Below are positions 45,427-55,508 of a stretch of 64,000 bases of DNA, piece after piece; the first letter of the stretch is position 1; each line of letters starts with the position of its first letter. The position numbers were made by a program, and so were the translations under genes. Below the pieces are notes generated by a model. The model was not told the origin of the DNA, ran no database searches, and saw only the letters and a list, made by a program, of their open reading frames with translations. The stretch comes from an uncultured Paraburkholderia sp. (GTDB lineage: Bacteria > Pseudomonadota > Gammaproteobacteria > Burkholderiales > Burkholderiaceae), in NCBI GenBank assembly GCA_940747215.1, contig CALNWS010000019.1:476-64475 (forward strand), read 5' to 3'.

Positions 45427-47310
45427 ATGAAAAGATTCAAAGCCCGATGGCTTTCGTTCAATGCGTTCGCGTTCGACCTGTGCGCAGTAGCTTTGGCTTG
45501 GATGCTGGCATACGTGATCCGTTTCAACGGACCGGTGCCCGACCCATTCTGGTGGAGCGGGCTGTATGCACTCGTGTGGGTGCTTTTGATCTACGCCGTG
45601 ATGTTCCGCAGCTACGGTCTGTACCGCGGCATGTGGGTCTTCGCGAGCCTGCCCGATCTCGTGCGTATCGCAAAGGCGATCGGCGTCGGTGCGCTGGTTG
45701 TCATGATCGGCTCCGCGCTGCTGCAACCCGCGCCGGTCGTACCCCGTTCCGTTCTGATCGTTTCGCCCATGCTGCTGTTTCTGGCGATGGGCGGCTCGCG
45801 CGCGCTCTATCGCGCGGCCAAGGAGTTCTATCGCTACGGCGGTCTCGTAGGCCAAGGCAAGCCCGTGCTCGTGCTCGGCGCGGGTAATGCCGGCGCGAAT
45901 CTCGTGCGCGAACTGAAGCGTTCGGGCGAATGGCGTCTCGCCGGTCTGCTCGACGACGATCCGGTCAAGCAGGGCCGCGAAATCTACGGCTACCGCGTGC
46001 TCGGCGCGATCAGCGATCTGCAGAAAATCACCGCCGACCTGAAAGTCGAGCACGTGATCATCGCGGTGCCGTCGGCCTCCGTGGAGGCGCACCGCCGCAT
46101 CGCCACGCTGTGCGTGCGCGCCGGTGTGCGCGCCATGACACTGCCGGCGCTCACGCCGCTCACGCAAGACCAGGCGTTTCTGTCGCGCGTGCGTCAGATC
46201 GATCTGGAGGACCTGCTGGGCCGCGATCCGGTGATGGTCGACACCGAACACGTCGAAGCGCTGCTCAAGAACCGCGTCGTGATGGTGATGGGCGCGGGCG
46301 GCTCGATTGGCTCCGAGCTGTGCCGCCAGATTCTGCGCTTCGGTCCCGTGCAACTGCTCGCGCTCGACATCTCCGAGTTCGCGATCTACCGTCTGAACGA
46401 AGAGCTGCGCGACAAGTATCCGGAAGTGTCGGTGGTGCCGGTCATCGGCGACGTGAAGGATTCGCTGCTGCTCGATCAGGTGATGGCGCGCTACTGTCCA
46501 CACATCGTCTTCCACGCGGCCGCCTACAAGCACGTGCCGCTCATGGAAGAGGTCAATACGTGGCAGGCGGTGCGCAACAACGTGCTCGGCACTTATCGGG
46601 TGGCGCGCGCGGCGATCCGCCACGACGTCGCCCACTTCGTGCTGATTTCCACCGACAAGGCCGTCAACCCGACCAACGTGATGGGCGCGAGCAAGCGGCT
46701 CGCCGAGATGGCGTGCTCCGCATTGCAGGCGCAGGGCACGCGGCGCACGCAGTTCGAGATCGTGCGCTTCGGCAACGTGCTCGGCAGCGCGGGCAGCGTT
46801 ATTCCGAAGTTCCAGGAACAGATTGCGCGCGGCGGTCCGGTCACCGTCACGCACCCGGAAATCACGCGCTTTTTCATGACGATTCCCGAGGCGTCGCAGC
46901 TCGTGCTGCAGGCATCGAGCATGGGGCGCGGCGGCGAGATTTTCATTCTCGACATGGGCAAGCCGGTGCGGATCGCCGATCTCGCGCACGACCTGATCCG
47001 TCTGTACGGTTTTGGCGAAGAGCAGATCCGCGTAGTGTTCACGGGGCTGCGCCCCGGCGAAAAGCTCTACGAGGAGCTGCTCGCCGACGACGAAATCACT
47101 ACGCGCACGCCGCATCCGAAGCTGCGTATCGCGCGTGTGCGCGAGGTGCCAGACAGCCTGATTGACAATCTGCTGCCGTGGCTCATGCAGCATCGCGTAC
47201 CGACCGACGACGAAGTGCGCCGCGACCTGCGCCGCTGGGTGCCGGAGTATAAGCCGGGTACGTCGACGTTGTTGCGCAGCGTGCCGGTGGTCACGACACG
47301 GGCGTCCTGA
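45427..47310 (+). CDS. Membrane-anchored nucleotide-sugar 4,6-dehydratase/epimerase (CapD/WbpM/PglF family; WbiI-like)
   Basis: 627 aa. Four N-terminal TM segments, VLGAGNAGANL, MVMGAGGSIGSEL, STDKAVNPTNVMGASKRLAE, RFGNVLGSAGSVIP. Confidence 0.9.
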   Translation: MKRFKARWLSFNAFAFDLCAVALAWMLAYVIRFNGPVPDPFWWSGLYALVWVLLIYAVMFRSYGLYRGMWVFASLPDLVRIAKAIGVGALVVMIGSALLQPAPVVPRSVLIVSPMLLFLAMGGSRALYRAAKEFYRYGGLVGQGKPVLVLGAGNAGANLVRELKRSGEWRLAGLLDDDPVKQGREIYGYRVLGAISDLQKITADLKVEHVIIAVPSASVEAHRRIATLCVRAGVRAMTLPALTPLTQDQAFLSRVRQIDLEDLLGRDPVMVDTEHVEALLKNRVVMVMGAGGSIGSELCRQILRFGPVQLLALDISEFAIYRLNEELRDKYPEVSVVPVIGDVKDSLLLDQVMARYCPHIVFHAAAYKHVPLMEEVNTWQAVRNNVLGTYRVARAAIRHDVAHFVLISTDKAVNPTNVMGASKRLAEMACSALQAQGTRRTQFEIVRFGNVLGSAGSVIPKFQEQIARGGPVTVTHPEITRFFMTIPEASQLVLQASSMGRGGEIFILDMGKPVRIADLAHDLIRLYGFGEEQIRVVFTGLRPGEKLYEELLADDEITTRTPHPKLRIARVREVPDSLIDNLLPWLMQHRVPTDDEVRRDLRRWVPEYKPGTSTLLRSVPVVTTRAS

Positions 47311-47360
47311 GACTGCTGTGTGACCTACGGAAGGTAACGGGCACGACAGTCGCGAGCAAA

Positions 47361-47394
47361 AGAAAAGGCGCCCGAGGGCGCCTTTTCTTTTTTC
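47361..47394. terminator. Bidirectional rho-independent terminator between convergent genes
   Basis: agAAAAGGCGCCCgagGGCGCCTTTTcttttttc is a GC stem flanked by an A-run and a T-run. It lies between the wbiI-like gene (+) and the wecA-like gene (-). Confidence 0.75.
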
Positions 47395-47424
47395 TGCCGC
47401 AGCGATCCTGATGCCGTTACGGCT

Positions 47425-48522
47425 TCAGCGACGCGACCTCCGCACCACCATCCAGCGAGGCGACTTGAACCGCACGATGCTCACGTAAAGCCAGACATAC
47501 GTCGCGGCAAACACCATCACGAAGCAGAACAGATGCAGCGTGTGCCGCCAGAACAGCGTGGCGGGCACCACGGCGATCAGACACAGCAGCCACAGATACG
47601 GCGACGTGAGCGAGTTGCGGCGCGTCAGTTCGCGCGCGGTGCGTGTGCCAACCGCCCAGTGCATCAGACGCTTGTAGACGAGCATGTGCAGATGCACGCC
47701 GTCGGGAATACCCGGCGACATGCCGCGAATGAATTTTTTCCGGTAGATCGAGAAACACGTCTCGAAGATCGGATACATTAAGAGCAGAATCGGATACCAC
47801 GCCGACACGTCGCGATTGCGCATCACGAGCATGATCGACAGTTCGGCGAGCATGAAGCCGATGAAATAGGCACCGCCGTCACCGAGAAAAATTAGACCGG
47901 CCGGGAAATTCCAGATGAAGAAGCCGAGCACCGCGCCCATCATCATGAACGACGCCGACAGCACGATCGGATCGGACACTTGGAACGCCACGTAGGCGAG
48001 CGAGGCGAACATCATGAAGGCGACCATCGACGCGAGGCCGTTGAAGCCGTCGATGATATTGATCGCGTTGGCGAGCGCGGTGACCGCGAGCACCGTGACC
48101 GCACACGAAATCACCGCGTACGAGAGCAGGAAATCGAGCGGCGGCACGCTGATGCGCGTGACGGCGATGTTCAGCATGAAGTACGCGAGCGCGGCGGCGG
48201 CCATCGTGCAGACGAACCGCACGAGTGGCGACACGCGCTTGGTCAGATCTTCGATGAGGCCAGAACCGAACGCGGGCATGCCGCACGCGATCAGCCCGAG
48301 AATGCCGTCCGACACGGCCGGATACGCGTGATGCAGTTGCACGGCGGAGACAATCAGCCCGAGCAGAATTCCCGTGCCGCCGATGCGCGGCACCGGACGC
48401 GCGTGAAACTTCTGTACGCCGCCCAGATCGGTGTCAGCGAATTTTTCATGCAGATGCGCGTAGCGCACGATCAACAGCGTGATCAGCAGTGAAACGAGAA
48501 AGCCGAGCGCAAAACTAAGCAT
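47425..48522 (-). CDS. Second polyprenyl-phosphate HexNAc-1-P transferase (WecA-like, GT4 family)
   Basis: MLSFALGFLVSLLITLLIV...KFHARPVPRIGG...NIIDGFNGLASM...FLGDGGAYFIGF. The ORF is open to 48573, but the ATG at 48522 fits the first TM helix. Confidence 0.83.
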   Translation of the reverse strand: MLSFALGFLVSLLITLLIVRYAHLHEKFADTDLGGVQKFHARPVPRIGGTGILLGLIVSAVQLHHAYPAVSDGILGLIACGMPAFGSGLIEDLTKRVSPLVRFVCTMAAAALAYFMLNIAVTRISVPPLDFLLSYAVISCAVTVLAVTALANAINIIDGFNGLASMVAFMMFASLAYVAFQVSDPIVLSASFMMMGAVLGFFIWNFPAGLIFLGDGGAYFIGFMLAELSIMLVMRNRDVSAWYPILLLMYPIFETCFSIYRKKFIRGMSPGIPDGVHLHMLVYKRLMHWAVGTRTARELTRRNSLTSPYLWLLCLIAVVPATLFWRHTLHLFCFVMVFAATYVWLYVSIVRFKSPRWMVVRRSRR

Positions 48523-48828
48523 GAAAGTGGGCCTGAGTGAAGAAGCCGAATTATACAAACGAACGCCCGACACCCGGCAAAGCAGCCTTGTTGCGCGATG
48601 CGCCGCGAATCCCAGATAGTGGCGAAAATCGCCCGCAAACGCCCGCCAGTCATGGATTTCACCTATCTAGCACGGCCTTTTACGGACCGTTAACCTGGTT
48701 GCGGCGAAGTGTAGGTCACGCGCAACAAGAGAAAGCGCCGGCGAGGAATGGCACCTGATGAATCGGAAGGCACGCGAGGGCCCGGCATCACGCCGTGCCA
48801 CCGTTCGACCGCACGTTCCGGAGACCCC

Positions 48829-50380
48829 ATGCTAAAAACATCACCATTCGTGGTGGGCTGACGCTGGTTATCAGCGTGTTCGTCGCTTTCCTGCTAATCG
48901 TGATCGGCGTCGGCTATGGCGCTCTCAAGCTCGCCAACAGTAGTCTTGGCGACACGCAGCGCAGTTCCGCCGCGCTGTCGCATCTGAAGGCCAGCTCCGA
49001 AAAACTGTTGCAGGTGCAACTGGCGCTCGGCACGTATCAGACGCTCTTCAGCATCGGCAAGCAGACCGACGACCTGCTGCCCACCGCGCACAAGGTGCTG
49101 GCGGAATCGAGCAAGGACTTTGCCAACTAACTACATGTCCGGTCCGTTCGTGAGCGACGAGGAAAAGGCACTCGCACAGGCGGTCGCGCAGGCGCGCACG
49201 GCGCTCGTCGAGAAGGCGATGGAGCCAGAATTCAAGGCGCTCGCGGATTTCGACTTCAACACGTTCCGCAATATTCAGGGCGATACGGCCAATAGCCTCT
49301 ACGCGGCGTACTCGAAAGCGATCGACTCGCTCGAGCGCGTACAGATCGCCAATCAGCATCGGCAGGCCGAGACCGGCGCATCGCGCTTCCAGATGGCGAC
49401 GCTGCTGTTCGTCGCGATCGGCGCGCTCGCGATTGCGATTGGCGTGGCGGCGCGCATCGGTTTATCGGCGGCGCTGATCAAGCCGGTAAACGCGACGGTC
49501 AGGCACTTCGAGCGTATCGCCGCGGGCGACCTGACTGGGGCGATCCGCGTCAAGTCGCGCAACGAGATGGGGCAGTTGCTCGGCGCATTGGCGACGATGC
49601 GCGACGGCCTCGTCGAAACCGTGTCGAAAGTGCGCGGCAGCACGAGCGCGATCACGCAAGGCGCGAACGGAATCGCCTCGGGCAAGGCGGACCTCTCGTC
49701 TCGCACCGAACAGCAGGCGGCGGCCTTGCAGCAGACCGCAGCCAGCATGGAGCAGCTCTCGGCCACGGTGAAGCAGAACGCGGACAACGCGAAGCAGGCG
49801 AACCGTCTTGCGCAGGGCGCGCTCGACACCGTGACGCGCGGCGGTACCGTCGTCTCGCGCGTCACGCAGACGATGGACGGCATCACCGAGTCGTCGCGCG
49901 AGGTCGCGGAGATCATCGGCATGATCGAGGGCATCGCATTCCAGACGAACATTCTCGCGTTGAATGCGGCGGTGGAAGCGGCGCGCGGGTGAACAGGGGC
50001 GCGGTTCGCGGTGGTGGCCTCGGAAGTGCGCAGCCTCGCGCAGCACTCCGGCGCGGCGGCCAAGGAGATCAAGGAGCTGATCGGCGCGTCGGCGGCGAAG
50101 GTGGAAGAGGGCGCGTTGCTCGTATCGGACGCGCAGAAGACCATTCAGGAAGCGCTCGGTGCCGTGCAGCGCGTGACGGGCGTCATGCACGAGATCGAGG
50201 CTTCGGCACTCGAACAGAGCGACGGCATCGAACAGGTCAACAAGGCCGTTTCGCAGATCGACGAAGTCACGCAACAGAACGCGGCGCTCGTCGAGCAGGC
50301 CGCGGCTGCGGCGCGGTTCGCTCGACGAGCATGCGGTGACGTTGCGTGACGCTGTGTTGGTGTTTCAGGTCGCTGCGTGA
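48829..50380 (+). pseudogene. Methyl-accepting chemotaxis protein, multiply disrupted
   Basis: ATG 48829 (ML) precedes an A5 run (48834-38) that is one A short, so KNITIRGGLTLVISVFVAFLL continues in another frame. An AACTAACT 4-bp duplication (49125-49132) creates a TAA and a frameshift. The HAMP domain (IKPVNATVRHFERIAAGDLTG) and the signalling domain (QTNILALNAAVEAAR) follow. The conserved GEQGRGFAVVA is locally out of frame and creates a TGA at 49990-92. A last frameshift near 50305-15 precedes ...GSLDEHAVTLRDAVLVFQVAA*. Confidence 0.82.
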
Positions 50381-50410
50381 TTCGCAACTGAGGCGCGGGT
50401 CGGCGCGCCG

Positions 50411-50874
50411 CTATCGTTGAGCAATGTAGCGCCATAGCGCGGCGCAGTCCGCGTTCGTGGCTTCGTATTGCGGCATCGCTTTGCGCAACAGGATTTCGGC
50501 CGGGTCGATGCTCTTGCGGATCGCGCGGCCGAACGACGTTTCGTCGTAAGCGCTCGGCGGACCGCCGCGCCGGCTCGCCGTGCCCTGCAGTGCGTTGCCC
50601 ATCAGCGCCCCGGCGCGAATTCGCCGCCGGCCGGTTTCACGTCCGTGTGACAGTTGACGCAGCGCGTGGTCCACGCGGGCAACGTACGGTCGTCGTCGCG
50701 CAGATGAGCCGGTATCGCGCGCTCTCCATTGAAGATCAGACAGCCTCTATCCGACGCATTGCAGGACTGATCGGCGTGCGCCGCGTGCGCGGCCACGATT
50801 ACGATTAGCATGACGCCGGTCGTGGCGCGCGCAACGGCACGCTTGCCGATACGTTTGAACCACTCCGCCATCAC
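50411..50874 (-). pseudogene. c-type cytochrome (single CxxCH), frameshifted
   Basis: MAEWFKRIGKRAVARATTGVMLIVIVAAHAAHA (signal) ...CVNCHTDVKPAGGEFAP loses its frame near 50610. The continuation ALMGNALQGTASRRGGPPSAYDETSFGRAIRKSIDPAEILLRKAMPQYEATNADCAALWRYIAQR is in the neighbouring frame (Met ligand motif AMPQY). Confidence 0.6.
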
Positions 50875-50879
50875 TGGTA

Positions 50880-52151
50880 CGCAGCGTGCGCGACACGCTC
50901 GGCACGCCGTTCGCGTTCAGCGCGAACAGCATGTAGTAACCAAGAATCACGGTGCCCGGATCGGCCGGAATGTTCAGCAGATATTCGCCGCCCGTGTCGA
51001 CCGTGAACGTCAGCGGAATGCGCCGCTGCTCATTGTTCAGCGAGTGCGTGACCGACGACAGACGCATCAGCACGAACGCCTTGATGCCGCTGCTCGCCGT
51101 CACCGCGATCGACGTGCCGAGCGTCGCCGTGGTGGGCACGGCGCTCAGCGTTGGCCGCGTGGCCGCTGCGCCGGTTGCGGTGAGCAGATACGGCGGCGTG
51201 AGAATTTCGACGTTGGTGTGATTCGTCGTGCACGTCGAGCCGTACAGTCCGCCGCCGCCGCTTAGCACGCGTCCGTCCGGCAGCAACAGCGCGAAGCTGT
51301 GATACACGCGCGGCACGTGCGCTTGACCGGATCCCAGATTTCCGGCGTGAGCACGGCGGTGTCGTCCGAGAACGGCAGCGCGAAGGTCTGGCCGCCCACC
51401 ACGACAACCTGGCCGTTCGGCAGCACCACGCTGTTTTTGAAGGCGCGTTGATAGCTCATCGGATCGCCCGACGTCCATTTCGACGTGGACGGCGTGTAAA
51501 TGCTCGTCTTGTCGCTGCTCGAGCCGCCCATAACGTAGATGCGTCCGTCCGGCAGATTGACGATGCCCGGGCAGAACATGTCGTGGCCGGTGTTGGTCAC
51601 GATCACCTGTTTGCTGGTTTGCGTGGTCGGATTGGAGACGGCGGTGTAGGTCTTGCCCGGCGTGAAATTGAGCGGGCTATCCGCCGACCAGACGAGCACC
51701 GTGCCGTCGGGCAAATTGGCGGCGGTGACCGGAATGATCGGCAGGTTGATCGGCGCGGTCCACTTCGACGGCAATGCGGTCGCCGCCTTGATGCCGTTCA
51801 CCTGCCACGTTTGCGCCGTGCTCGCGTTGCAGGTCTGCTGCGTGATCTGCGAGCCGGGCGTCGTCATGCTTCCCGTTGTCAGACACAGACCGCTATTCGC
51901 GTTGACGATCGCGTAGCCCGCGCCTTGCGCCTTCAGCGTGTAGTCCTGGTTCGCGCCGCCCGTGCAGGTCCACGTGATGGCGGAAGCGCCCGGATCGAGC
52001 GATTCGGAATCGATGTCTGCGCCTCGATGTCTGTGCCTGTGTGCGTCGGCAACGCTGCGAACGGCGACGCGAGGGCGGTCCGCAACAGGGCGCGCAGGCA
52101 CCTGTCGAACGTGCGGGAGTGCGCCCCGCGGGATAAGAGTCGTGACAACAT
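50880..52151 (-). pseudogene. Secreted ricin-B-lectin plus galactose-oxidase/glyoxal-oxidase-like (kelch propeller plus C-terminal Ig-like domain) gene, frameshifted
   Basis: RBS GGAGA then ATG 52151 (MLSRLLSRGAHS...ALASPFAALP). The frame changes near 52020 to SESLDPGASAITWTCTGGANQDYTLKAQGAGYAIVNANSGLCLTTG...TAQTWQVNG (QxW lectin repeat) and the propeller region ...HDMFCPGIVNLPDGRIYVMGG.... It changes again near 51300 to HVPRVYHSFALLLPDGRVLSGGGGLYG...LSSVTHSLNNEQRRIPL...GYYMLFALNANGVPSVS. The true 3' end is uncertain. Confidence 0.68.
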
Positions 52152-52200
52152 GGTTCAGGTCTCCAGGCGTGCCGGCTTATACGCGTTCCAGTGCGTCGAG

Positions 52201-52778
52201 TTACGGCACAAACTTCGTCGGCACGGGGAAGACCGGCACTGCGCCAACGCAACATGCCGTTTGCGTCGAAGCAGTAGATCTGGGTTGAGTGATTAGCAAT
52301 GTTTCCGAGCGGCAAACTGTTTCCGGCGAGCGCCGGCGTCGCGGCATTCCACGCGGGACCGGCCTGAAAGCGTTTTGAGCTAGTCGTGCAGCGCGGCAGG
52401 TGAATCCGACAACGGATCGATGCCGATGGAAAGCTGTTGAACCGGATGGCGCGCACGCACGGCCGACATACGCTCCTGCACCGTACTGAAAAGCGCGCCT
52501 TGCAGCGGACAGACCGAACTGCATCCGGTGTAAATCGATTGAAGCGCAGTCACGCGACGATTCAGCAGATCGCTCAACAAGCGCTTTCTGCCGGTCTGAT
52601 CGATCAACTGGGCGTCCGCGAGCCGCACGGGCGGATCGACCGGCCCCATGCCCGCGTGTTGCGCGAACGAGGGTGTCGAAATGGCGGCGAATTGCGCTGA
52701 CGCCATGCCGATCAGCAAGGCGCGTCGAACGCGTTGTCGAACAGACGGATGCTCGATGGAAGGCAGGCGCGTTTGCAT
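52201..52778 (-). pseudogene. SCO1/SenC family copper chaperone (thioredoxin fold), disrupted
   Basis: MQTRLPSIEH...LIGMASAQFAA...VTALQSIYTGCSSVCPLQG (CxxxCP) ...DPLSDSPAALHD is followed by an in-frame TAG (complement of 52380-52382, a Trp position: HD*LK). A frameshift follows directly, to ...RFQAGPAWNAATPALAGNSLPLGNIANHSTQIYCFDANGMLRWRSAGLP. The 3' end is approximate. Confidence 0.62.
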
Positions 52779-53177
52779 GTTGTCGTCTGATCGGGATCGG
52801 CTCGCGGCCGGTGCGAAATTCGATTTAACGAGCGTCCCAACGGAAGCTCCACGTGGGCTGGAATGCTCTGGCTCGTCAATCAGTGGCCAACGCGAACGAT
52901 TGTTATGTCGGTTGCGTCGGCTCGCTTATGGCATCCGCGCGTGTAAAAAGAAGATGCGACTGCCTTTGGAAACCCCAACAAAAAGATAGCCGACGGAAAC
53001 GCTCGCGAAAGTGCCAAATGCAGGAGTCTGTGCGGTCGGCCACGTTCTCGTGACTTCTTTTGACAACCGCCGCACAGGGTTCACGAAACGAGGCTTGAAG
53101 GCCGCCTCATTTGCATGTAAATGCCTGCCTGAAGAAGCTCTCACACAGGTCGACCACGCTCTGCCGCGCGGCGGGAT

Positions 53178-54796
53178 TCAGCACCCGTGGTCCATGTTCG
53201 GAATGATCATCGCGCTTGTATGCGAGAGCTTGTTGAGCCGCTTTCCGCCGGGTCCGAAGTGCATGCGCAATTCGTCGAGGCCGTGATCGAGCGGACTGAA
53301 CAGGAGTCGCACACGTATGCCGCGCGCGTCGAGATCCTTCATACGACGGCGTGCACGCGCGCCCTTGTTGCTAGAGTTGGAACTCGCACCGCCGAAGAGC
53401 GACGAGGTCTTGCTCGCAACCGTGTCGACTGCATAACGTGTCAGCGTTCGCAGCACGGGGCGCAGACTCACTTCGCCGTGCAGCACCTGCGTCCATTTCC
53501 GCACACGGAACATCGCGCGGAAATGGACGCTTGTCGAACCCGCGCCGATGGTTGCGGCGTCACACATGCGAAAGCCTTCGGGGAAATCGAAACTCTGCAG
53601 ATTTACTACTAGGAGCGCGGCCGCGACCGCGGGGTTCTTGGTGGCGGCGCGCAGGTCGAGATATGCGCCCGAGCAGATGCCGAACACGGTGACGTGCGGA
53701 TGGCTACGCTCGACGGCCCAATCGACCGCGAGCGACGTGTCTTTGGCGAGCTGGTCGTAACTGAGCAGCGACGGATTCGCGACCGTGCCCGCGCCGCGGC
53801 TGTCGCCGATGCCGTGTGCGTCGACGCGCATGGAAGCGATGCCCGCGCGTGCGAGCGAGCGGGCGAGGTCCACGTTGAAGCGGCCGTCGCCGACGTGATG
53901 CGTGGCGGCGGTGTTGGCGATCATCACCATCGGCGAGCGCTCGGGATGATTCTCCGGTTCGCACAGCATCGCGAAGAGGCGGCCGTCGGCGAGTTCGACC
54001 GGCGTTTCGACCACGCCGTCGAGTCCTACCGCGCGGCGCGACGGAAGGCTGCTGCGCGACTTCCTGCACGAACCATTTTTCGATCGATTGCAATGTGGCT
54101 TCAGGCAACACCGCTTGCCAGGAAGGCTGCATCGCTTCGGGATACTCGGGAAACGGCAGCGAGTCGACGCGTGCGCCGAGCGTCGTATAAAGATTGCCCA
54201 GTTCGTAGCTCGGCCCCTGATTGAGCGCGTGCACGATCAGGAACTGGTTGGCCGGCGCTACCGTGACGCGGCGCAGATCGCAACGGTTCACGACGTCGAT
54301 CGATTGACGGCAAAAGTGGTGGCCAATGACGTCGAATGCATGATCCGGCGCGCCATGGCTGATGATATGGCGGCTGGTCTTTTCGAACCACGCGCGTTGC
54401 AGAACGCTCATCTCACGCACGAACTGGCGTCCCACCACGACGGGTGCGATCAGTGCCAGCGTATCGACACGAGCGGTCTGCGCGGCCTGTACGGCGACCA
54501 TCGCGCCGAAGCGGATGTCGATCATCGACACGCGTTCGACGCCCGTGCTTTCGCGCAGGAAGTTCACGGCTTCCACGGCTTCGCTTGCCCACTTGTCGGG
54601 CTCGACGGAACTTGCCCGTTTCGACGGAATCGCCGGTGCCGGCGTAGTCGAATCTCAGTACCGCGAAGCCCTGGTCTGCGAGGCGATCGGCGAGCGAGCG
54701 CATGGTTTGATGAAGCCACAACGCTTCATGCCCGAGCGGGCCGCAGATCACGATCCCCGATTTCCCGTTTTCGTTGGACTGCGACCCCGGTTCGTA
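53178..54796 (-). pseudogene. Tandem alpha/beta-hydrolase-fold gene (two homologous halves), 5'-truncated and frameshifted
   Basis: The reading begins abruptly at ...LYEPGSQSNENGKSGIVICGPLGHEALWLHQTMRSLADRLADQGFAVLRFDYAGTGDS, with no start codon, abutting the transposase remnant. Frameshifts lie near 54590 and near 54030. The second half reads VETPVELADGRLFAMLCEPENHPERSPMVMIANTAATHHVGDGRFNVDLARSLARAGIASMRVDAHGIGDS...FGICSGAY.... Function unknown. Confidence 0.55.
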
Positions 54797-55135
54797 AAGC
54801 CACCCTTTACGGGCTGCCCCACATCGTGAACACCGATCAAGGCCGCCAGTTCACGGCGGGCGTTTTCACCGAGGCTGTGCTGCGCCGGGACATCCGTCTT
54901 TCGATGGATGGCAGGGGATGCTGGCGCGACAACGTGTTCGTCGGGCGGGTGTGGCACAGCATCAAGTACGAGGAGTGTTACCTGAAGGCCTACGGGTTCT
55001 GTCAGCCATGCCCGACGCTCCATCGCCGAATACATCGGACTGTACAACCGGAAACGGCCCCATTCCAGCCTGGCAGACCGGATGCCGGATGAGGCATACT
55101 TCGCAACGCTGCCTGCGATCAGATCGGCAGCATGA
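54797..55135 (+). mobile_element. IS3-family transposase (OrfB, rve integrase core) 3' remnant, frameshifted
   Basis: ...LYGLPHIVNTDQGRQFTAGVFTEAVLRRDIRLSMDGRGCWRDNVFVGRVWHSIKYEECYLKAYG matches the DDE-integrase block of IS3-family OrfB. After a frameshift near 54995 it reads ...ARRSIAEYIGLYNRKRPHSSLADRMPDEAYFATLPAIRSAA*. There is no OrfA, no N-terminal half and no recognisable inverted repeats. Confidence 0.8.
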
Positions 55136-55508
55136 TCGCCCCGGCCGCTCCACTGATCCGGCTATCCAAATTCCCGCGACCACTTCTGCGTCACCCAACG
55201 CGACACGGTGAGGAAGTTCGTGATCCCCCGGTAAACTTTTCTAAAGATTGATGACTCTCGCAACCTTTGCTGAATAAAGGAGCGGTTCAGCTGATCAACA
55301 GGGTTCGCGCGGGTACTTCCTCGAGCCTTGCGTCGTCTCGACAAAGAAGAAAAAAGCTTGATAGAAATGCGATTAAAAATTTTGGTCCGTCATGCAAGGC
55401 TGACGGCGACGCTTTCTGGTCAGCGATGAGAAACGCGCCTGACGCTTGGCTCATTGCTCTCGTGGCAGTATTGAAATCGGATCGCTCTGGCATCGACAGT
55501 GAGGCGTG

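Noticed and set aside
53178-54796. Interpreting the hydrolase region as two separate intact genes (ORFs 53178-54014 and 53704-54576).
   Set aside because: The two ORFs overlap by about 300 nt in different frames. The upstream piece has no start codon and abuts the IS fragment. A third frame is needed for the GIVICGPLGHE...FDYAGTGDS segment. This fits one or two frameshifted, truncated genes, not intact ones.
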